A stretch of DNA of 64,000 nucleotides from an uncultured Eubacteriales bacterium (GTDB taxonomy: Bacteria; Bacillota; Clostridia; Lachnospirales; Lachnospiraceae), in NCBI GenBank assembly GCA_963929865.1, contig CAWVKK010000047.1:11055-75054 (forward strand). The letters run 5' to 3'. The notes under the pieces are model-generated. The model had not been told where the DNA came from and did not search any database. It saw only the letters and a list, made by a program, of their open reading frames with translations. This document shows positions 55,781 through 64,000 of this stretch, piece by piece; positions within the stretch are counted from its first letter, which is position 1, and every line of letters begins with the position of its first letter. The position numbers and the translations under genes were made by a program.

Positions 55781-56539
55781 CTATTTCACAGCCTCTCGAA
55801 ATTCTGTCGCAAAGGCGGGGTGGTACAAGTCAGAACGCCGATAATGGCTGTGGTTTACGACGTCCCCGACAATAATCAGAGCCGTCTTTTTGATATTGTT
55901 TTCCTGCGCGCACTGCGCCAATGTCCCGACTGTGCAGACCACTGTCTTTTCATCCTCCCACGTCGCCTTATACACAATGGCCGCCGGCGTGTCTTCTCCA
56001 TACCCGCCTGCGCTCAGCCGTCTGCTAAGTTCAGGGAGCATACCGGTACTCAAAAAAATGACCATAGTTGCCTGGTGGGAGGCCAGCTTTGCGATCTCTT
56101 CTTTTTCCGGTACCGGCGTTCTCCCCGCCATTCTCGTTATGATGACGCTCTGGGAGACGTCCGGCAGCGTATATTCCAGATTCAGCGCGGATGCCGCTCC
56201 GCAAAACGAGCTGACTCCCGGACAGTAATCATAGGCAATCTCTTTTTTGTCCAAAATATCCATCTGCTCCCGGATTGCCCCGTAAAGGCACGGGTCTCCG
56301 GTGTGGAGCCGCACCGTCGTCTCATTCTTTTTTTCGGCATTTTCTATGACTGCTATCACTTCCTCCAGTGTCATATATGCGCTGTTGTGAACCTCGCATC
56401 CTTCTTTTTTATATTCCAAAAGCTGCGGGTTTACCAAAGATCCCGCGTAGATAATGACGTCTGCCTCCTCCAGAAGCTTTTTTCCTCTCACTGTGATTAA
56501 GTCTGCCGCTCCTGAGCCGGCTCCTACAAAATGTACCAT
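55781..56539 (-). CDS. cbiF: Cobalt-precorrin-4 C11-methyltransferase
   Basis: MVHFVGAGSGAADLITVRG, RLHTGDPCLYGA. The start at 56539 has an AAGGAAGG RBS. Confidence 0.93.
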   Translation of the reverse strand: MVHFVGAGSGAADLITVRGKKLLEEADVIIYAGSLVNPQLLEYKKEGCEVHNSAYMTLEEVIAVIENAEKKNETTVRLHTGDPCLYGAIREQMDILDKKEIAYDYCPGVSSFCGAASALNLEYTLPDVSQSVIITRMAGRTPVPEKEEIAKLASHQATMVIFLSTGMLPELSRRLSAGGYGEDTPAAIVYKATWEDEKTVVCTVGTLAQCAQENNIKKTALIIVGDVVNHSHYRRSDLYHPAFATEFREAVK

Positions 56540-56540
56540 A

Positions 56541-57227
56541 TTATTTTCCTTCCTTTGCAATGACAAGTGAATAGTATCCGGCTTCGTCCGGAAATTCGTC
56601 CGGGCTGGAAAAAATTTTTTCTCCCGGCATTCCGCAGTTTTCTATCATGACAGCATCGGCATTTCTCTCTTTGAGCAGCTGCCGCAGCTTTTGACTTCGC
56701 TTTCCCACCTTCATAAAAACCTTGGTTCCCCGTTGTTCCATTCCTTCTTCAATCTGATAGACAGCCGGGATTACATGCAGTTCCTCTGCCTTTTCCGCCA
56801 GACTGATTCCCATCTTCGCCGCCACGGCGCAGAACGAAGGGATTCCGCTTACGATTTCCGCTTCCAGCCCTCTCTTGACAATCTTTTTGTGGATATAGAT
56901 ATAGGTCGAATACACCGTCGGATCTCCGAGCGTCAAAAAGACGCACGTCTTTCCCGCCCTCAGATACGCCTCCACTGTCTGCGCTCCTTTTTCATGCGTT
57001 TCCTCAAGCAGGATCGGATCTTTTGTCATTGGCATCGCGACCGCGATCACCTCTTTTTCCTCCAGCTGCGGAACCGCCTGCACGGCAATCTTGTATGCCA
57101 CCGTCTCTTTTGGGCTGTTCCCCGGCACAAAGACAACGTCGCTCTCTCTGATGAGGCGCACTGCCTTTAAGGTCAAAAGTTCCGGATCTCCCGGTCCGAT
57201 TCCCACTCCATACAGCTTTCCTTCCAT
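56541..57227 (-). CDS. cbiL: Cobalt-factor II (precorrin-2) C20-methyltransferase
   Basis: KLYGVGIGPGDPELLTLKA, TLGDPTVYSTY. Confidence 0.92.
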   Translation of the reverse strand: MEGKLYGVGIGPGDPELLTLKAVRLIRESDVVFVPGNSPKETVAYKIAVQAVPQLEEKEVIAVAMPMTKDPILLEETHEKGAQTVEAYLRAGKTCVFLTLGDPTVYSTYIYIHKKIVKRGLEAEIVSGIPSFCAVAAKMGISLAEKAEELHVIPAVYQIEEGMEQRGTKVFMKVGKRSQKLRQLLKERNADAVMIENCGMPGEKIFSSPDEFPDEAGYYSLVIAKEGK

Positions 57228-57267
57228 AAAGAAGTCCTCCTTTTATTCTGTTCCATTTTTTGTTTTC

Positions 57268-58458
57268 TCATTTGTTTTGTCCGGGATCGCCCTGCTCGGT
57301 CTGACGCCCGCCTTTTATCTTTTCTATCATCTGCCGCGCGCCTTGCGTCTGTGCCAGAAAGCCATGCTCGTTTGAGAAGAGGACCGCCTCCGTCTCCAGC
57401 GCGCAATACGCTCTGTTTTGCAGATAAAAATGTATCCGCTTCACAATCTGCGCCATGGTCTGCTCTCTTAAATTTTCCTCGTCTAAGAGCGCGACGGCTT
57501 CCTCTGTCGTAACCGTCTCTAAAAGTTTTCTGGTCAATTCGATCGGCGCGCCTGCCCGCACTGCGTTTGCCGCCATAATCTCAGCGCGCCCGTCCGCGAA
57601 ACGGGAATGCGTATTCATAATGCCGGCCGCCACTTTAATGAATTTGCCGATATGCGCCGCAAACAAAATCCCTTTTATTTCCATGGAAAGCGCCATGTCG
57701 ATCGTCTCGCCCACATAGTTGCTGCATTTGATTGCGCGCTCCGGATCCAGCTTTAAGAAGTCCCGGCAAAAAGCAGCTCCGTAATTTCCGGGCGTAATCA
57801 AAAGATACTCCGCCCCCTGCGCTCTTTTCATCTCCATTTCCAGGCGAATGCTGGCAATCAGAGCTTCCTCGCTCATCGGGACGACGATTCCGCTTGTGCC
57901 CAATACTGAGATGCCGCCCATAATCCCCAGTTTCGGGTTAAAGGTCTTCTTTGCAATTTTTTCTCCCTCTGGGATTGAGATCGTCACGGCGATGCCCCCG
58001 TCATACCCGAAGGCTTCGCATACCTTGCGCACCTCGTCCGTAATCATCGCGCGCGGTACCCGGTTAATCGCCGCCGCGCCCACTGGCTGCTCCAGCCCTT
58101 TTTTTGTCACTCTTCCAACTCCCTTGCCGCCGTCAATGGCGATTTCCTTTTTCTGAATTTTCTTTACGGAGGCAAAGATTAAAATCCCGTGCGTGGCGTC
58201 CGGATCGTCGCCCCCGTCCTTTCTGACCGCACAGGAGACCTCCCCTTCTTTTCTCGAGATTTCTTCAACTGAAAGGAAAAGCCGGATTCCTTTTGGAGTC
58301 ATCAGATCAACTTGTGTTGTCGCTTGCCCTGACAGCAGCATCTGCACGGCCGCCTTCGATGCCGCCGCTGCGCAGGAGCCGGTCGTATACCCATAGCGCA
58401 GCTTTCTGTTATTTTTTAAGATAAAAAATTCTTCGAGACCCGTCTTTCTCTTTTCCAT
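57268..58458 (-). CDS. cbiD: Cobalt-precorrin-5B C1-methyltransferase
   Basis: LRYGYTTGSCAAAASKAA. The ATG at 58458 has a GAGGATGGAG RBS. The track ORF extension to 58722 runs through the riboswitch and is not coding. Confidence 0.93.
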   Translation of the reverse strand: MEKRKTGLEEFFILKNNRKLRYGYTTGSCAAAASKAAVQMLLSGQATTQVDLMTPKGIRLFLSVEEISRKEGEVSCAVRKDGGDDPDATHGILIFASVKKIQKKEIAIDGGKGVGRVTKKGLEQPVGAAAINRVPRAMITDEVRKVCEAFGYDGGIAVTISIPEGEKIAKKTFNPKLGIMGGISVLGTSGIVVPMSEEALIASIRLEMEMKRAQGAEYLLITPGNYGAAFCRDFLKLDPERAIKCSNYVGETIDMALSMEIKGILFAAHIGKFIKVAAGIMNTHSRFADGRAEIMAANAVRAGAPIELTRKLLETVTTEEAVALLDEENLREQTMAQIVKRIHFYLQNRAYCALETEAVLFSNEHGFLAQTQGARQMIEKIKGGRQTEQGDPGQNK

Positions 58459-58536
58459 GCTCCATCCTCTGTTCTTTCTGCCCGCGTTTTCTTTTTCCTC
58501 CTGAAAAACGCCGCGCATGTCTGCCGCGATAAAGTG

Positions 58537-58745
58537 AAAAAAACGCTGTCGCCGCAAGGCAGACAACGCTTCTCTTCTTTCTCGTTTTGTCTTTGCCGTA
58601 TCTCCCGGTTGCCGCAGAAAAATACCGCACGAAAGCGCCGCTTTCCAAAAACTGAGCAGGTATCTGACTTTTACAGTAACGGACTTGTGCAGGATTTTCA
58701 CCTGGCTTCCCTTTTTCATCAACTCAGTCTCCGGACAATCTATTT
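58537..58745 (-). promoter_or_regulatory. Cobalamin (B12) riboswitch with expression-platform terminator, leader of the cbi operon
   Basis: On the minus strand: AAAAGGGAAGCCAGGTGAAAATCCTGCACAAGTCCG (conserved core), the B12 box AGTCAGATACCTGC (58656-58669), then a hairpin ggcagacaacg / cgctgtcgcc (58544-58568) followed by U7 (58537-58543). Confidence 0.85.
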
Positions 58746-58747
58746 AG

Positions 58748-58776
58748 ATTATAGTAGGTTCGGTTTTTTCTGTCAA
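58748..58776 (-). promoter_or_regulatory. Consensus sigma-A promoter of the riboswitch and cbi operon
   Basis: On the minus strand: TTGACA (58771-58776), a 17-nt spacer, TATAAT (58748-58753). Confidence 0.75.
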
Positions 58777-58840
58777 CCTCTCCTGTCTTTTTGTGTGCAT
58801 TCCTCTCTAGCTGCCGCGCCGTCTGGGCTTTTCTGCCCTC

Positions 58841-58889
58841 AAAAAAGGATCGCCGTTCTCCGGTTTTCGGTTATGGCGATCCTTTTTTC
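58841..58889. terminator. Bidirectional rho-independent terminator downstream of Fn3-repeat gene A
   Basis: Stem aaggatcgcc (58845-58854) pairs with ggcgatcctt (58875-58884), flanked by an A-run and a T-run. Confidence 0.75.
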
Positions 58890-58960
58890 TCAGATGCGGC
58901 GTCCCGCTCTCGTCCGCGGAGACGTCTGCGTCCGATCCGGCTTATGGAGCCGGAAATTTT

Positions 58961-60403
58961 TTATCTCACATAGGCTCTGTACTGTCTTGGAGCCAGAACA
59001 GAAGAAACAGATGAGAAGTAGCTCTCGTCGATTGCGACAAACTGATAAATGTCTACTTTTCCTCCTGAAAATCCGACGAATACGATCTGCGGATCAGTGT
59101 TGTGGACAAACACTTCATACCCCTGACTGTTTTGTCCGCCGTCAATAAATCCTGCCGTCTTTAATTTTGCCGACGCGCTCTGCTGCGTATCCCCAACCTT
59201 CATTCCGTGGAATGTCACCTTAGGATCAATCGTCTCGATTATCAGGTTATAGTATCCCTGCGCCATGTCCACATTGCGGCTGAGATAAATGCCTGTATTC
59301 TGGCTTTCCAAAACGTAATAAAATCCGCTTACGCTGATCGGGGACAGTCCTCCGATGGCTTTTGCCAGCCTGTCGACGTCGCTTCGCGCCGTCGCCTCAT
59401 TATACCCTTTTATATAATCTGTAATCTCTATGTTTTTGCTTGCCACCTGTTTTACCGGAGAAAAGGCTCCATACGTAAACTGTCCGTTGGAAAGCTGCTT
59501 GAACGCCCGGATACGGAAATATGCCGTTTCTCCGGCGCTGATGCTGCCCGTCCAGGATACGGTGCTGCCGCTTTGGATCGTCTTGATCTTTTTGTACGTT
59601 CCAGACGCCGAATTGCTCTTTTGGATCACATATCCCTGAGCGCCGGCAACGCTCGTCCACTTCAGCGTCACCTGGTCATTGCCGTTAAGCTGAATGCTTG
59701 TGATGGTTGTTCCGCCCAGGGAAGCTTTTCCCGCAATTCCTTTTGTGTTATACGGGCTTAAATACAGCGTTCCGTCCCATGAGCAAGTCGCTCTGACCGT
59801 ATAGTAATACTGTTTTCCCGGTTCTGCGGTAGAGTCAATGCAGTAATATTTGTTTTCTCCCGATATTCTGCGCACCAGCTTCCATCCGCTTCCCGATTCC
59901 TTGCGGTAAATCCGGTATCCCTGCGCGTTTGTCACAGGAGTCCAGACTACTTTAATCTGGTTGTACGTCACCGAAGTAGCCGATTTTAGCCCCGGCGTCT
60001 TCAAATGGGTCACAGCCGTCACAGGATTCGTCCCTTTTGTGCTGTAGTAGACTTTTCCGTCTACCTTGCAGAATGACTGCACCGTATAAGTATATTTTGT
60101 CCCCGGCTCCAGCTTTATGTTGGAATAGTAGCTTTTCGACTGTCCGGCAACCTTTTTGATCCTCTCCCAGGACGTGCTGCCCGGGTCCTTGCGGTAAATA
60201 ATGTATCCGTCCGCGCGTTCCACCGGCTGCCACGTCACGCGCAGCGCTGTCGTAATGTCCGAAGCGGCGCCGACTGATACAATCTTGGGCTCCTTTAGCT
60301 GTATCTCGGCAGCCTCTGCTTTTTCCATGTTTCCGACCAGGGAAATGACCATCAGTAGGCAGATCATGGCGCAGCCATACAGCCATTTTTTCATTTTTCT
60401 CAT
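58961..60403 (-). CDS. Secreted protein with three fibronectin-III-like repeats and an uncharacterised C-terminal domain (paralog A)
   Basis: Signal peptide ...GNMEKAEA. Three repeats of the pattern V-W-x-x-V-x-x-A-x-GY-x-IYRK...YYYTV. Confidence 0.75.
   Translation of the reverse strand: MRKMKKWLYGCAMICLLMVISLVGNMEKAEAAEIQLKEPKIVSVGAASDITTALRVTWQPVERADGYIIYRKDPGSTSWERIKKVAGQSKSYYSNIKLEPGTKYTYTVQSFCKVDGKVYYSTKGTNPVTAVTHLKTPGLKSATSVTYNQIKVVWTPVTNAQGYRIYRKESGSGWKLVRRISGENKYYCIDSTAEPGKQYYYTVRATCSWDGTLYLSPYNTKGIAGKASLGGTTITSIQLNGNDQVTLKWTSVAGAQGYVIQKSNSASGTYKKIKTIQSGSTVSWTGSISAGETAYFRIRAFKQLSNGQFTYGAFSPVKQVASKNIEITDYIKGYNEATARSDVDRLAKAIGGLSPISVSGFYYVLESQNTGIYLSRNVDMAQGYYNLIIETIDPKVTFHGMKVGDTQQSASAKLKTAGFIDGGQNSQGYEVFVHNTDPQIVFVGFSGGKVDIYQFVAIDESYFSSVSSVLAPRQYRAYVR
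59700..60290. repeat. Copy 1 of a ~0.6 kb direct repeat shared by the two Fn3 paralogs
   Basis: Long runs are identical to 61170-61750, e.g. tattttgtccccggctccagctttatgtt and ggtaaatccggtatccctgcgcgtttgtcacaggagtccagactac. Boundaries are approximate and were set by eye. Confidence 0.7.
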
Positions 60404-60430
60404 TTTCCTTCCTCCTTCTTTCTCTTTCTT

Positions 60431-61903
60431 TTATTCGCCCATCAATTTTCTCCACACATCCATCGCAGAGACTACGGAAGAAGAAGAATTATAGTAGATC
60501 GACGGATCCAGCTGTGACATTTTATAAGCGGTCATTCTGCCGGATGCAATTTTAACTCCAATTGCGGAAGTGCCGTCGCGGTAGAGGAATCCATAGTTGA
60601 AGACGCCGCCTGTCGCTCCCAGCTCCGAATATCCGGCCGCCTGAAGTTTTGTCTTGATCGTGGCGTAGGTGTCTCCCACGCGGATTCCGTGGAGCGTCAC
60701 ACCGTCGTTTCCGCCGTTTTGGATGATCAGATTCACCTCGTCGTCCGCCGGAGTGTTCGTCTGCTGAATCAAAATCTTTTCGCCGTCTAACTGATAGATA
60801 TGTCCGAAATATCCGCGGTTCATTTCTCCGATTGCAGAAGCCATCCTGTTGAGATCGCTTACGATCGTCTGGCTGTTATACCGCATCGAGATATAGTCCA
60901 TAATCTCTACCAGCTGTTTTGACGCTGATTTTACGGCCGAGAATCCGCCGTAGACGAACTTGCCGTCCACCTGCTTAAAGGCGCGCACTTTATAGTAGTA
61001 TGTGGTTCCGCCCGTCATGTTCTTATCTGTCCATGAGGTGTCGTTCACTCCCTGGGCTGTTCTTACTTTTTTGTAAGTGCCGTTTGAGGCAGTGCTTCTC
61101 ATCACTACGTATCCCTGGGCTCCCGGAATCTGCTTCCAGGTCAGAACAGCTTTTCCGCCGTCCATTTTGATGGAGGTAATCGCTGAGGTTCCAAGGTTGG
61201 CTCTTCCGGCGATTCCCTTTGTATGGTATCCGCTTAAATACAGCGCTCCGTCCCATGAACACGTTGCTCTGACGGTATAGTAATACTGTCTTCCGGTTTC
61301 CGCCGTAGAGTCAATGCAGTAATATTTCTGTTCTCCCGGTATTCTCCGGATCAGTCTCCACCCGCTTCCGGCTTCTTTGCGGTAAATCCGGTATCCCTGC
61401 GCGTTTGTCACAGGAGTCCAGACTACTTTTACCTGGTTATAAGAGACGGAAGTCGCCGACTTTAACCCCGGCGTCTTTAAATGTGTGACCGCCGATACGG
61501 GTCTTGTACCCTTTGGGCTGTAGTACACCTTTCCGTTTATCTGGCAAAAAGACTGAACCGTGTATGTATATTTTGTCCCCGGCTCCAGCTTTATGTTCGA
61601 ATAGTAGCTTTTCGACTGTCCGGCAACCTTTTTGATTCTCTCCCAGGACGTGCTGCCCGGGTCTTTGCGGTAAATAATGTATCCGTCCGCGTTGTCCACC
61701 GGCTGCCACGTCACGCGCAGCGCCGTCGTCACATCTGCCGGCGCGTTCACAGAGACAATTTTCGGCTCTTTCATAGAAACAGCCGCTTTCGATTCTGCCG
61801 CCTGTGTTTTTACCCCTAAAACGCAGATGGCGCACAATGCGCACACGCTGACAAGCCATTTTGCCATGCTCCAAATTTTTTTTGTGTTTTCCTTCATTTT
61901 CAC
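60431..61903 (-). CDS. Secreted protein with three fibronectin-III-like repeats and an uncharacterised C-terminal domain (paralog B)
   Basis: Signal peptide ...GVKTQAAES. It has the same repeat architecture as the downstream paralog, with a near-identical N-terminal half. Confidence 0.75.
   Translation of the reverse strand: MKMKENTKKIWSMAKWLVSVCALCAICVLGVKTQAAESKAAVSMKEPKIVSVNAPADVTTALRVTWQPVDNADGYIIYRKDPGSTSWERIKKVAGQSKSYYSNIKLEPGTKYTYTVQSFCQINGKVYYSPKGTRPVSAVTHLKTPGLKSATSVSYNQVKVVWTPVTNAQGYRIYRKEAGSGWRLIRRIPGEQKYYCIDSTAETGRQYYYTVRATCSWDGALYLSGYHTKGIAGRANLGTSAITSIKMDGGKAVLTWKQIPGAQGYVVMRSTASNGTYKKVRTAQGVNDTSWTDKNMTGGTTYYYKVRAFKQVDGKFVYGGFSAVKSASKQLVEIMDYISMRYNSQTIVSDLNRMASAIGEMNRGYFGHIYQLDGEKILIQQTNTPADDEVNLIIQNGGNDGVTLHGIRVGDTYATIKTKLQAAGYSELGATGGVFNYGFLYRDGTSAIGVKIASGRMTAYKMSQLDPSIYYNSSSSVVSAMDVWRKLMGE
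61170..61750. repeat. Copy 2 of the ~0.6 kb direct repeat shared by the two Fn3 paralogs
   Basis: See copy 1. The offset is about 1.47 kb. Confidence 0.7.
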
Positions 61904-62139
61904 TCCTTCTTTCCCATGTTTTGCGCTTTTTTCCTCACAGAATCCACACGTTTTTTTTTACATTCTTTCAAAAGATCCCTTCCTGTGTTTGTTCTGCCCG
62001 CCTTATAGAAAGCATGTTTATTATAGCACTTCTGCCTGCGCTTTTCCAACCTTTCTTGGCGGACCCGGACAGATTTCCAAAGCAGATTCCAGCTCTTTCC
62101 CGTATCTGCTTCAGAGTTCCGCCAACTTGCAAATATTTC

Positions 62140-62496
62140 TTATTTTTTCATCTTCGGGTCAAAGATCAGACTTGCCCCATATCCGAAAAGAAGCGCCGCG
62201 GAAATTCCGACTGCACTTGCCCGAAAGCCTCCTATAAACAGCCCCAAAAAGCCCTCTTCCCTCACGGCTTCTTTCACTCCGTTCCAGAGCAGATTTCCAA
62301 ATCCAAGCAGAGGTACCGTCGCCCCTGCGCCTGCAAATTCTGCAAACGGATCATAAATGCCGACCGCTCCCAGTACCGCCCCGCTGCACACCAGCAGCAC
62401 CATAATTCTTCCCGGCATCAGCTTTGTCCGTTCCATCAAAATCTGAATCAGGGCGCAGATCAGACCGCCTACCCAAAAAGCATTCCAGTATTCCAC
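62140..62496 (-). CDS. spoVAE: Stage V sporulation protein AE
   Basis: A 118-aa membrane protein with FAGAGATVPLLGFGN, typical of the SpoVAE/SpoVAC family. It follows spoVAD. Confidence 0.88.
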   Translation of the reverse strand: MEYWNAFWVGGLICALIQILMERTKLMPGRIMVLLVCSGAVLGAVGIYDPFAEFAGAGATVPLLGFGNLLWNGVKEAVREEGFLGLFIGGFRASAVGISAALLFGYGASLIFDPKMKK

Positions 62497-62508
62497 GTTT
62501 TCCTCCTT

Positions 62509-63543
62509 TCAGGCATGTTCCAAGACCACGCCGTAGGCAATTCCGGGAACACTTTGTCCTTCATTAAAGCTGACGGTGGAAAGCATAGCGCCTGTCGGGA
62601 CAAATAAAACCCGTTTCCACGTTCCCTTTTCAATCTCCGGCAGGATGTAAGACGCCAGAACCACTGCAGAACAGCCGCATCCGCTTCCGCCTGAGTGCGT
62701 GTCCTGCGTTTCACAGTCAAAAATCTCTATTCCGCAGTCCATATGCTGCTTTTCTATCCCATATCCTTTTTCTTCCAGAAGGTCGAGCAGAATTTTCTGC
62801 CCCACATAGCCCAGATCTCCCGTCACAATTTTGTCATAGTCTTGCGGCGTTCTCCCAAAGTCCCAAAAATTGTGCAAAATTGTATCGCAGGCGGCCGGAG
62901 CCATGCACGCTCCCATATTCATGGAATCTTTGATGCCGAAATCGACGATTTTTCCGGCAGTCATTCCCGTGATCTTCACATGGCGCAGCGTTCCCTTCTG
63001 CCCGCTTTCTCTCTCTTTGGAGACGATAAACGCTCCGCTCCCCGTCACTGTCCAGGTCGCGGCGAGCGGTCTTTGGCTGGCATATTCCAGCGGAAACCGG
63101 AACTGTTTTTCCGCGCTGGCAAAATGGCTTGACGTCAGAGCCATAACGCGGTCGGCATATCCTGCGCTGACCGTCATCGCGGCGAGAGACAGAGATTCTC
63201 CGCTTGTGGAGCAGGCACCGTAGAGCCCGTACATAGGAATCTCCATTCCTCCGGCGCCAAATGACGTGGCCGTCAGCTGACCGAGAAGATCTCCGCAGAA
63301 GAGGCAGCGGATATCCTCCGCGCACAGCCCTGCTTTTTCCAGAACCAGCTGCACCGCTTTTTTCTGCATCTGGCTTTCTGCTTTCTCCCAGGTGTCTTCT
63401 CCAAATTTCGAATCCCCGCAGATTTCATCGAACCGTGATCCAAGAGGTCCTTCTCCTTCTTTTTTTCCCACGATCGATGATGACGCTGTCAGATAAGGCG
63501 GATTTTCAAACTGTACGCTTTGTTTTCCGATCATCTGATTCAT
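62509..63543 (-). CDS. spoVAD: Stage V sporulation protein AD (thiolase-fold)
   Basis: MNQMIGKQSVQFENPPYL...VGKKEGEGPLG. The start at 63543 forms an ATGA overlap with the spoVAC stop. The track ORF is 35 codons longer. Confidence 0.92.
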   Translation of the reverse strand: MNQMIGKQSVQFENPPYLTASSSIVGKKEGEGPLGSRFDEICGDSKFGEDTWEKAESQMQKKAVQLVLEKAGLCAEDIRCLFCGDLLGQLTATSFGAGGMEIPMYGLYGACSTSGESLSLAAMTVSAGYADRVMALTSSHFASAEKQFRFPLEYASQRPLAATWTVTGSGAFIVSKERESGQKGTLRHVKITGMTAGKIVDFGIKDSMNMGACMAPAACDTILHNFWDFGRTPQDYDKIVTGDLGYVGQKILLDLLEEKGYGIEKQHMDCGIEIFDCETQDTHSGGSGCGCSAVVLASYILPEIEKGTWKRVLFVPTGAMLSTVSFNEGQSVPGIAYGVVLEHA

Positions 63544-63998
63544 CCGGCTACCCCCGTCATTCTCAAAATATAATACGCCAGTCCCAGCAGCCAGCTCGCC
63601 GCAATCCCGTACAAGATGACAGGACCTGCAATCGTAAAAATCTTGCACCCTATCCCAAAGATCTGTCCTTCTTTTTTAAATTCGATCGCAGGCGCAGCTA
63701 CAGAATTGGCAAACCCGGTAATCGGGACGAGCGCCCCTGCTCCTCCGAATTTTGCAATCGAAGGATAAAGATTGAGTCCGGTTAAAAGGGCGCTGGAAAA
63801 TATTAAAATCAGAGAACACCAGCTTCCCGCCGTTTGCTGGTCCAGCCCTCTCTCCCATGCCGTATGCAGGATAATCTGTCCGATCAGACAGATGCTTCCT
63901 CCTGTCACAAAAGCTTTGAGCATGTTCAAAGGCAGGTTATGCTTTGGCGTAATCCGCTCTACGTACTCTTCATACTGCTGTTTTTTTTCCTGTGCCAT
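63540..63998 (-). CDS. spoVAC: Stage V sporulation protein AC
   Basis: ITPKHNLPLNMLKAFVTGGSICLIGQ...GGAGALVPITGFANS. Confidence 0.9.
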   Translation of the reverse strand: MAQEKKQQYEEYVERITPKHNLPLNMLKAFVTGGSICLIGQIILHTAWERGLDQQTAGSWCSLILIFSSALLTGLNLYPSIAKFGGAGALVPITGFANSVAAPAIEFKKEGQIFGIGCKIFTIAGPVILYGIAASWLLGLAYYILRMTGVAG

Positions 63999-64000
63999 CT

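Noticed and set aside
55403-56500. 365-aa plus-strand ORF, the longest unassigned ORF in the cbi region
   Set aside because: It is entirely antisense to cbiG and cbiF, which have unmistakable family motifs. The translation is Arg/Ser/Pro-rich shadow sequence. The same reasoning applies to 52828-53550, 5737-6525, 43085-43654, 42246-42773, 24469-25071 and 61861-62607.
58459-58722. N-terminal 88-codon extension of the cbiD ORF, and ORF 58409-58648
   Set aside because: The region contains the cobalamin riboswitch core, the B12 box and a terminator hairpin. The real cbiD ATG at 58458 has its own strong RBS.
62040-62139. Nested inverted repeats (ttggcgga...tccgccaa; aagcagat...atctgctt) downstream of spoVAE as a terminator or regulatory RNA
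   Set aside because: The stems are short (8 bp), the loops are long, and there is no U-tract. I cannot distinguish them from chance without folding energies or conservation.

Overview
This is a 64 kb chromosomal window from a spore-forming Firmicute, probably Clostridia or Lachnospiraceae-like judging by gene content. Nearly all genes are on the minus strand. There are five blocks. (1) 1-24.3 kb holds the classic Bacillus-type housekeeping synteny: mtaB, thiI, nifS-like, rsmE, prmA, dnaJ-dnaK-grpE-hrcA with a perfect CIRCE operator, hemW, lepA, spoIIP, gpr, rpsT, holA and an alpha/beta SASP. It is interrupted by accessory surface-protein genes at 5.4-9.8 kb and by an SPFH/Arc-like pair. (2) 24.4-29.1 kb is hemL-hemB-cobA/hemD-hemC. 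(3) 29.25-45.9 kb is a tightly packed 13-gene minus-strand operon that I read as an atypical type VII secretion (T7SSb-like) system. It has EssC, a WXG100 protein and a YukD/EsaB-like protein, but I could not recognise EsaA, EssA or EssB. Those positions are filled by a catalytically intact transmembrane Ser/Thr kinase, a stand-alone FHA protein, a TadZ/CpaE-like protein with a degenerate P-loop, and a 1576-aa Ig-repeat membrane protein. The operon also carries a candidate reverse-architecture alpha/beta-hydrolase effector with small helical partners and a lipoprotein. A divergent XRE regulator flanks it. (4) 46.4-58.8 kb is an 11-gene anaerobic cobalamin (cbi) operon driven by a consensus promoter and a cobalamin riboswitch. 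(5) 59-64 kb holds two tandem paralogous Fn3-repeat secreted proteins and spoVAC-AD-AE. I saw no rRNA, tRNA, CRISPR, transposase or integrase. All calls come from reading the translations and motifs by eye. No database search was run, so family names are recognition-based and novelty is unverified.
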